A DNA stretch of 64,000 bases from Octopus sinensis (Eukaryota): the NCBI RefSeq assembly GCF_006345805.1, contig NC_042997.1:124310001-124374000 (forward strand), in the 5' to 3' direction. Each line of letters begins with the position of its first letter. The first letter of the stretch is position 1. Below, one piece after another: positions 55,354 to 64,000 of this stretch. Below the pieces are notes generated by a model, which was given only the letters and a program-made list of their open reading frames with translations, was not told the origin of the DNA and ran no database searches. The position numbers and the translations under genes were made by a program.

Positions 55354-55806
55354 TATATATGTATGTCTAAATATATGTACATGTATATATATGTACATAT
55401 ATGTGTGCGCGAGTGTGCGTCTAGATATTTGTTTATTTATATTGTGATGTTTCTGTCGTATATATCTTGTTAGAAAAACAAAAAATACAAAAAATTGACG
55501 ATCAGAGGCATATGTGATTTGGTAGTTTTGCTTACACCCAGTACATCCGTGACTCATTCCGGCAGAATTACAAGCAAATTCCATTTCCACTATGACTGTA
55601 TTGTCTTTGCTTTGTTTGTTTGTTGAATATTTTTTTCATTTTTTTTTTTTTTACTGTGCGTGTTCCAGATAAGGTGATGTCCTCTATCCTTCATAGGATG
55701 ATAGGACTTGCTTTGGGGGAAACTTTACTACTAACAGATCTAGGAAACATTTATCGTTTTCCTCATTGGCTCTATGATATATAATATGACACTATGTATA
55801 TCCTTT

Positions 55807-56271
55807 ATCCTTTTCTACACTAGGCACAAGGCCCTAAATTTTGGGGAAGGGCGCCAGTCGATTAGATCGACCCCAGTGCGCAACTGGTACTTAATTCATC
55901 AACCCTGAAATGATGAAAGGCAAAGTCGACCTCGGCGGAATTTGAAATCAGTACGTAAAGACACGAAATGCCGCTAAGCATCTCACGCGGAGTACTAACA
56001 TTCCTGCCAGCTCACCGCCTTCTTATATAGATATATTTATTTCTTTATTGCTCACAAGGGGCTAAACATAGAGGGGACAAACAAGGACAGACAAAGGGTT
56101 CATGTCAATTACATCGACCCAAGTGCGTAACTGCTACTTATCTAATCGACCCCGAAAGGATGAAAAGTAAAGTCGACTCGACGGAATGAATTTGAACTGA
56201 GAACGTAAAGACAGACAAAACACCGCCAACTGTTTCGCCCGGCGTGCTAATGTTTCTGACATCTCGCCGCC
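55807..56271 (-). mobile_element. Two adjacent family A SINE copies (about 55807-56021 and 56038-56271)
   Basis: Both contain gatgaaa(g/a)g(c/t)aaagtcgac and aatttgaa core motifs in the same orientation. Confidence 0.85.
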
Positions 56272-57204
56272 GTATGACACTATATATATCAACAAGCCAG
56301 GGGAGAAATGGCAGTCCATGACCATTACACACTTTCCCACACACTATATTGTTGTTCATTGATATCTCTTCTTAAAAAATTTTCGACAATGTGAAAATAC
56401 ATGAGACACGCAGATTTGTGTGAACTTTTTAGATGGAGGAGGCTGGTCCTGAAGCACAAAAAGATTGACGGCAGAAGAAGTGGTATTACGACTAGCATAG
56501 CGAAAGCTTGTACGCAGATTACTAGTTTATATGATTAAAGACAATAGTAGTATCGGTATAAGATGCAAAGTGCCAAAGCTACATTCCAGAACCAGAATTT
56601 GATATGCATTGCTGAATGCGCTCTTGACAATCAGTCGAATAGACTTCTTGAATTGATGTTCAATGCATGTATATGAGCTGACATTTTTAGCAAAAGTACC
56701 ATTCTATTGATGAGACCAATATGTTAACGAGGTTGAAGGTTAAGTGAGTGATAACAATTTCAGTTCTTATTGCAATGCTCTCCATGTTGAAATATAATTC
56801 TGATACGAACTACCTCTGATGGTATAGTTGTTTGTTCTTCATAATAAGCGAGAGCAAGTTAAAGAAACACGTATTTCAATTCCATAGGCATATGACCTAC
56901 CTCTTCATTCTAAATATGGAGAAATTTAGTAAGTATCTTACTAATGTAGTAAGTATCTTAATATTTTAGTTTTATTGTACTCGTTTTAAATTCAGATCAA
57001 AACGAAAGACATACAATGTTAAACGCTGCAAAGCATTCAATCAGCTGGTCAAAAAATTTAGGAAAGCTGGTATACAAAATGCGTGTGTAAAAGTGTGTTT
57101 GTCAATAGGTATGTATGTATGTTTTCAGTGTACGTGGCTTTGATGTGTAAAACCCAGTGCGAATTTCGAATATCTGTTGTCAATATTAAACTTAATTCCT
57201 TTAC

Positions 57205-57244
<40 letters not shown>

Positions 57245-59704
57245 TGCGTGTATGTGTGTGTATGTATACATACATACGTACATACATATACATCTATACA
57301 CATACTTATACATATATATGTGTATATGTGCCTTTATAATATGTAATAAGCAAAATATATAAGCTTATGGAAACCATATATATGTATGTATATATGTATG
57401 ATTGTACATGTATGTATGTGTGTGTGTATTATGTAGATAGCACTATAATCCAAGCTGTGGTCTCTTGAAGCACATTTGCATATTACAGAACTCTAAAATT
57501 ATATGCTCGTTGTATATTAATGTGAGGTGTGCAGGAGATTGGGGAAAAACTTGATATTATTTATTCATTATTAGTCAAATTACATTTGATAATAGGATAA
57601 TAGGACTTACAAAGTCCTAGTTATAGAAGAAACATGTTAAATACCTCCTATTTCAAATTCTTCAGACAGAATCAAATTCATGCATTCAAATTTAAAATAT
57701 TGATAAACGCATTGCAATATAGTTATCACCAAAGGTTATAAGATATAAAACTTTTTCTAAATCACTCGGCCGTAGGCAGAATGAATGATATGTCATCTTT
57801 TCAATTCAAATGCATGTGGTATATTCATGGTCAATATCATATGTATAAAATACACTAAAGTAAGAAGTGCCTGTATAGCTTCACTGCTTTTTTATTGTCT
57901 GATCAACTTCTATTTTATGGAAATGTTATTATGGGTGAAATAAACTCGTAAGGAAGCTGATAGATATTTCACATGCAATATCGATACACGTAACTACAAG
58001 AATGCAACGACAATAGTTTATCCACAATTGCAAAATATCGCAATAGTAAATATCACAATCTTTTCAAGCCAATAGTTAAGAGATACTTCGGCTCTACGAT
58101 GAACTCATTGATTTCAGTACTCATCTTTCAAACACCATACATATTTGGAGAGCGAGGAAATGATACGGCTTTATGAATGCTGCTCCGAGATACATCATTA
58201 AGGAAATATCTTCACTCTATTTGTAACAATTCTAAAATGAATTTCATATGAGTAAACATGGATATTATGATTTCATATAATTATATTTGTGTTACTAGGA
58301 TGTTTAAACTTTTGTCGTTGTTTAGCCCTAAAATATTTTATTAGGTCGATGTACAAAGTGTCTCCAGACATAACACGTCTAAGATTACATACCCATTGTG
58401 TTCCCCCTTTTCAAGACGATAGAGCGTAAATGGAGAAGAGTTACTTGCTATTTGTAGCAGGTTTCACGTCTGAAGAGAGACTTCTTATAACATGTCAAAA
58501 ACAGCAATTAGCATGTGCGTCTTGATAATAAAAATCAGTCCAGTTCTCTAGCATCAGGCAAAATCAAACTAATTATAATTCAGAAGACCTGAATTAATCT
58601 AAGAATTCCTAGCTATTACCTAAATATCAGAAATTATGTTGCTCTCGGTTGCTTCTATATATTCATATATATTGCATAGTACATGAATATATTGCATAGT
58701 ACATGATATATACTTGTTACACATAGAAGATACTAAATATAAAGTTTAAAAAGTTAACTCAGCAAGTTTATGGCATTATTTGGTGATCAACTTTGCAAGA
58801 GTATATTTTGGCTTTATCTGCGACCAGACATTTGGGTGAGGGCTGGAGAGGAAAAATACACCCGCGATGAGCTGATATTGTACACCAACGGGTAGGTAAC
58901 TATCCTCTACGCCTCCTGCATAAAACTGACCAGTATTCGCTTGTCAAGATAATAACCAGAGGTTGTTCATCAACTTGATACTACAAGGAGGAGAGTTTAT
59001 TTAATATTCCTCTTTAGTTTGATTTATTTGATCGATAATTCATCTCGCTTATATTGATTTTACTTGTCTACTTGTTTGTTATTGAGATTATATATAGATA
59101 TACTAAGTTGGTGAGGTTGCGAATGTAAACGGAAATCAGAACCATATCCACAGGCCATCACCCTCCTTGTGCCAATCTGTATTTTGTGGAAAGAAATCTA
59201 TGCTTAGCCTGAAGAGTTAAAATTGGAATTTTCATCAATTCATAATAAAATAGTTCAATGAATGTCTTCAATTAAATATATAATTATCTCAGTTATTTTC
59301 TTTATTTAAAAATTAATTGGGTAAATTTAAACATGTCTGGTTACTCTAAGCAAAACAGTAGGCTAATCAACTTCCATTACATGATATTAAAAGTGAAGCA
59401 TTAATAAAAAGAGTATACTTGTGTGTATGTGTATATATGTACGTTTGTATTGTGTTTTTGTTTATTATATATATACATACTCATATTAAAACATATATTC
59501 TAATACAATCCATATCTATATCACATATTTGTTACATATACACATACAATAAATACTTTATGTATTTTATATACAAATATATATAAAGCATCAATGTTTC
59601 TATGTATATGTATACTCACACATTTGAGTTAATGTATACAGATAAATAGATAGAGATAGACAGACAGAGAAACAAAGAGACAGACAGACGGACGGATAGA
59701 CAGA

Positions 59705-59744
<40 letters not shown>

Positions 59745-59765
59745 ATATATATATAGATATAATAT

Positions 59766-59766
<1 letters not shown>

Positions 59767-59840
<74 letters not shown>

Positions 59841-59849
59841 TATAGGTAC

Positions 59850-59886
<37 letters not shown>
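59767..59886 (+). repeat. (GATA)n tetranucleotide microsatellite
   Basis: Directly visible. Confidence 0.95.
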
Positions 59887-59889
<3 letters not shown>

Positions 59890-60199
59890 TCACAAACACA
59901 CAAATATACAAGGACATCTATAAGTATCAGGCGAAAAATTTGCACACTCCCATCTACTGCTATCCCAATTTCATATGTAATTCACTCTTGATCTATCTGA
60001 TACAGCTAGGTGGATAACGGAAACTATATTCTTGGTATGCCACTCCATATGTCACCAATAACAAAAATTCAGTTCTCCCAGTCTCCACGAATTTTAGCTA
60101 TAGATATGTTGAAGCACTTCAGTCTAAACGCAAAACGTACAACGACTGACGAAACTCAACTTCCAAAAGTTGAGTAGGGTTAAGCAATAACACAAGTTA

Positions 60200-60600
60200 T
60201 ATTACTTCCAAATTATAGCCGATCCTTTTGATACCTTGCCAAAAGAGTTTCTATCCAAATACCCTAACCCTTCCACTTCACAACACCGACGGATATGTGA
60301 ACTCTAACTTTGTGAAAGCCTCCGTTTTTGCTGCTTGGTGCATAACCTACTTCACACGGCACAGTAATAGAAATTATTTTCCAATTCTGTTCTTTTCCAC
60401 CATTTCTGGTCCTCCACTTAGCAGAAATACAATCATATCCGAAAGTATATTCGGTCAAATCGATAGTATCTCTTCCGTACCCTAACACATTGCAACATAT
60501 TCTGATCAGATTCTTGAATCTCTCTTTCTTTACAGGAATCTACCCTGATCTCTGAAAACATGCTACAGCATGTCCAATTCCCAAAATAAGCCTATCAACC
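60200..60600 (-). mobile_element. Possible decayed LINE ORF1 (SGNH/esterase-like) remnant
   Basis: Fragmented minus-strand peptides VACF..., KIISITVP and CCEVEGLGYLD recall CR1/L2 ORF1 esterase motifs. It has many stops. Confidence 0.3.
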
Positions 60601-60867
60601 TATCGTCGTCCTAAGTCGATGGAGACAGCCCGTAGCAATAACGTCCATCAATAACTTCAATTTCTCCTTAAATTCATTACTTGTAGACCACTCTTCTCCG
60701 TCAATCACAAGTTGACCGTTTTTTTCCTTGGAAGAATTTGGTGATAGCGATAATCTACTTACTCAAGTCACTAGCAAAACTTTCAACCACACCAGATATG
60801 CGAAACTTCTGTTTATACTTGTTTATGGGCTCCACTATAATCTCTGTATCGGTAACTTTCTTATTTA

Positions 60868-61267
60868 TTTATTGCTCACAAGGGGCTAAACATAGAGGAG
60901 ACAAACAAGGACAGACAAAGGGATTAAGTCGATTACATCGACCTCAGTGAGTAACTGGTACTTAATTTATCGACCCAGAAAGGATGAAAGGCAAATTCGA
61001 CCTCTGCTGAATTCGAACTCAGAACGTAACGGCAGACGAAATACCTATTTCTTTACTACCCACAAGGGGCTAAACACAGAGAGGACAAACAAGGACAGAC
61101 AAACGGATTAAGTCGATTATATCGACCCCAGTGCGTAACTGGTACTTATTTAATCGACCCCGGAAGGATGAAAGGCAAAGTCGACCTCGGCGGAATTTGA
61201 ACTCAGAACGTAACGGCAGACGAAATACCGCTAAGCATTTCATCCGGCGTACTAACATTTCTGCCAG
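60868..61267 (-). mobile_element. Head-to-tail family A SINE dimer (one copy lacks its head)
   Basis: The unit cacaaggggctaaaca...ggacagacaaa...cgtaacggcagacgaaatacc occurs twice, with a junction at about 61045. Confidence 0.85.
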
Positions 61268-61928
61268 ACACCCGAATATGCTGAGGTAGCTCTTTGTCTC
61301 TTTTTCTATCCAATCTGTGAGATCACCAATGGGAATGGGAATCAATCACCGCACCAGTTTTAAACCTTAACGCCGTTCTAACCACTACACCTTAAGTGTA
61401 TGTGTGAGAGAGAGTTTTTTTGCATATAATCAGGATATACGTTATTTTCATTATTACTACAATATTCACTATAACATTGTCCCTCAAGTAATATTTCGTA
61501 ATCCTACTGCGCGTATGGCTTCTTACATTTGGATTACGAAATTACAAAACATTTCCCGAGGAAAAATCGTATGGAGAATCTACAAGAATAAAATTAAAAA
61601 ATAATATCCAGCTAATATGCAAATACGTTTTTGTAATTTCCATTTTAGCGCTAAGTTCTCCTTTGGTCCAGATTTTTAAAAAAAAATTAAGATTTTTCCT
61701 GGTGATTTGGCTTCATCTGCCTGCTAGGTGTTTAGTCTTATATTCTGGTTATTTATATACGTTTTTTCGAGACATCTCATGAGCGGAGTATAATCAGAAC
61801 CGCGGTCTGCCCTGGAGTGATATTGGGAGTAATGAAACATTTAATTGATAAGTATAAATTATTACAAATGCAATATATTGAGTAGGCTAAAAATATTATT
61901 AAGAGATGATGGAATGTATGAACGGAAT

Positions 61929-62565
61929 AGAAGAAAGAGAAGAAGAAGAAGGAGAAGAAAAGAGAAGAAGAAGAAGAAGAAGAAGAAAGAAGAAGAAGAA
62001 GAAGAAGAGAAAAAGAAGAAGAAGAAAAGAAGAAGAAGGAGAGAAGAAGAAGAAGAGAAGAAGAAGAATAGAAGGAGAGGTAGAAGAAGAAAAGAAGAAG
62101 AAGACGAAAAAGAAGAAAAAAGAAGAAAGAAGAAGAAAAAGAAGAAGAAAGAAGTAAAGAAGAAGAAGAAGAAGAAAGAAGAAGAAGAAGAAGAAGAAGA
62201 AGAAAAAAGAAAAGAAGAGAGAGTAGAAGAAGAAGAAGAAGAAAAAGAAGAAAAGAGAAGAAGAAAGAAGAAGAGAAGAAGAAGAGGAGAGGTAGAAGAA
62301 GGAGAAGAAGAAGACGAAGAAGAAAAAAAAAGAAGAAGAAGAAAGAAAAGAAGAAGAAGAAGAAGAAGAAGAGAAAACAGAAAAGAAAAAAGAAGAAGAA
62401 GAGGGAAGAAGAAGAAGAAGAAGAAGAAGAAGAAGAAGAAGAAGAAAAAAAGAAGAAAAAAGAAGAAGAAGAAGAAGAAGAAGAAGAAGAAAGAAGAAGA
62501 AGAAGAAAAGAAGAAGAAGAAGAAGAAGAAGAAGAAGAAGAAGAAGAAGAAGAAGAAGAAGAAGG
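61929..62565 (+). repeat. About 640-bp (GAA)n-based polypurine tract
   Basis: Almost exclusively A/G on the + strand; it is the source of the spurious poly-K/E/R and poly-F/L/S ORFs. Confidence 0.97.
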
Positions 62566-63179
62566 GGGCAACAAGAACAACAGCAAAGACAAAAACAAGC
62601 AGCAACAAAAACAAACAAGAAATTGAGCGGTGGAGAGATGCAGGATGTTACTGGGTAGCTGGACCAACCAAGAACAAGATTCCTATGTATTGTTTTTAAA
62701 AGGATAAATTCAGTGACAACAGATTTTGTATGAGTTTGTTTTGACCAAAGTCAGTCATGCATGAAGTTAAACAAAGCCGACGGTCACGGTTAAAGAATAT
62801 CTACCCAATTCGGGAGCAAATATTTTTCAGTTTCGGTTTAGGTTTTTTATACACGTTAAAAACTGAAACGGGCCACATACATTTTACATCAATCTATCCA
62901 CGAAAACAGATGTGTGTGTGTATGAATATGTGTGTGTGTGAGAGAGAGTGTGTGTATGTATGAGTGTGTGTGTAGGAAAAATATATGTTAAAAAACATAC
63001 TGTAAATAGTTAAAATATTGTTTTTACTATTCTCAGTGCATTTTCAACTTATATTTTTCCTGTGTCTCTAGCCGGCTGGAATGAAATAACTTTATTTTCG
63101 CACGCATGCACACACAGACACACACATACACACACATACACAAACACATATACATACATAAACACATATATATACATAT

Positions 63180-63360
63180 GGTTGAAATTTACAGAAAAAA
63201 AAAGACGAAGACAGGTGTATAAACAAGGAGATGTGATAGTTTGACACTCTGGAAGGTGAGAAAGTCTTTTACGTTTCGAGCGTACACTCTTCAGCAGAAA
63301 AGAACTCGATGAAATAAACAGAGAAAGAATTTAAAAGACTTGCAGATTTAGCGGTCAGTC
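63180..63360 (-). mobile_element. Second copy of the hammerhead-bearing short repeat
   Basis: Shares gttgaaatttacagaaaaa...gacgaagacaggtgtat...gtgagaaagtc..ttacgtttcga with 46684-46875. The core on minus is CTGCTGA-A-GAGT gtac GCTC-GAAA-CGTA. Confidence 0.7.
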
Positions 63361-63370
63361 ATATATATAA

Positions 63371-63427
<57 letters not shown>

Positions 63428-64000
63428 CAGTCTTTTTCTCTTTCAGTTATTTTATCCCACTTATGCCGAGACATAGGTTATTTTATCTCACACATGCAGA
63501 GTCATGGGTGAGAGAATCAGAAGTCTCTCTCTCCCCTTCCCATTTCTTACTCTTTGTGTCTGTCTATCTATTTACCTGTATGTTTATCTATTTATCTATT
63601 TATCTACTCATGAATACATAAACATCTAAACCATTAACGAAAACATGGAATTTGCTGATACAGGCTCTACCCCGTTCAACAGTAAGGCCGTAGTTAAGAA
63701 ATACATATATACATTGTACCGATGTGTACCGAGTTTAATGAAGAATGACTACAAACCACCGACATCCTTAATTTTAAACGAAGAACCAGGTCTAATGACA
63801 AGACTGATTGAGCTAGTTGAACAACTTCATTCCAGATGCACATGGCATGGGTTACAAACCTTCAACTTATCGATCGATATCAAATATCTTACATAACTTA
63901 ACCAATTGCGATTCTTTAAATATTAAATAAAGTCTGAGACAGATGCATAAAAATAATTGGCATGTTCTCACCAATTGTTCCTTTCCCATACTCCGTGAAT

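Noticed and set aside
58667-58706. 20-bp exact tandem duplication (and a 22-bp one at about 26520-26560)
   Set aside because: Ordinary slippage micro-duplications with no further structure.
61777-62699. The longest ORFs (239-296 aa; K/E/R-rich or F/L/S-rich)
   Set aside because: They are open on both strands solely because of the GAA/TTC tract; no domain content.

Overview
AT-rich, microsatellite-saturated animal genomic DNA. The SINE, LINE, Penelope and mariner complement and the repeat style suggest an octopus (inference, not a database result). Most of the window is intronic or intergenic. Two clear coding exons of an AMPA-type ionotropic glutamate receptor lie on the minus strand: 48765-48660 (end of S2, equivalent to the vertebrate flip/flop exon) and 38071-37931 (pre-M4/M4). 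A 10.6-kb transposon-filled intron separates them. I found no upstream exons, and the true last exon is uncertain. Nearly all ORFs in the supplied track are microsatellite artefacts or transposon debris. I see no evidence of a wholly new multi-gene system. The best leads are: (i) a GC-AG donor after ...RKNK that could give alternative C-tails, with a candidate mini terminal exon ending in a class II PDZ-like motif; (ii) minimal hammerhead-ribozyme motifs in a Penelope element and in short non-autonomous repeats; (iii) a LINE 5' junction carrying two locally templated inverted insertions; (iv) several long fold-back hairpins that could be ADAR or small-RNA substrates.
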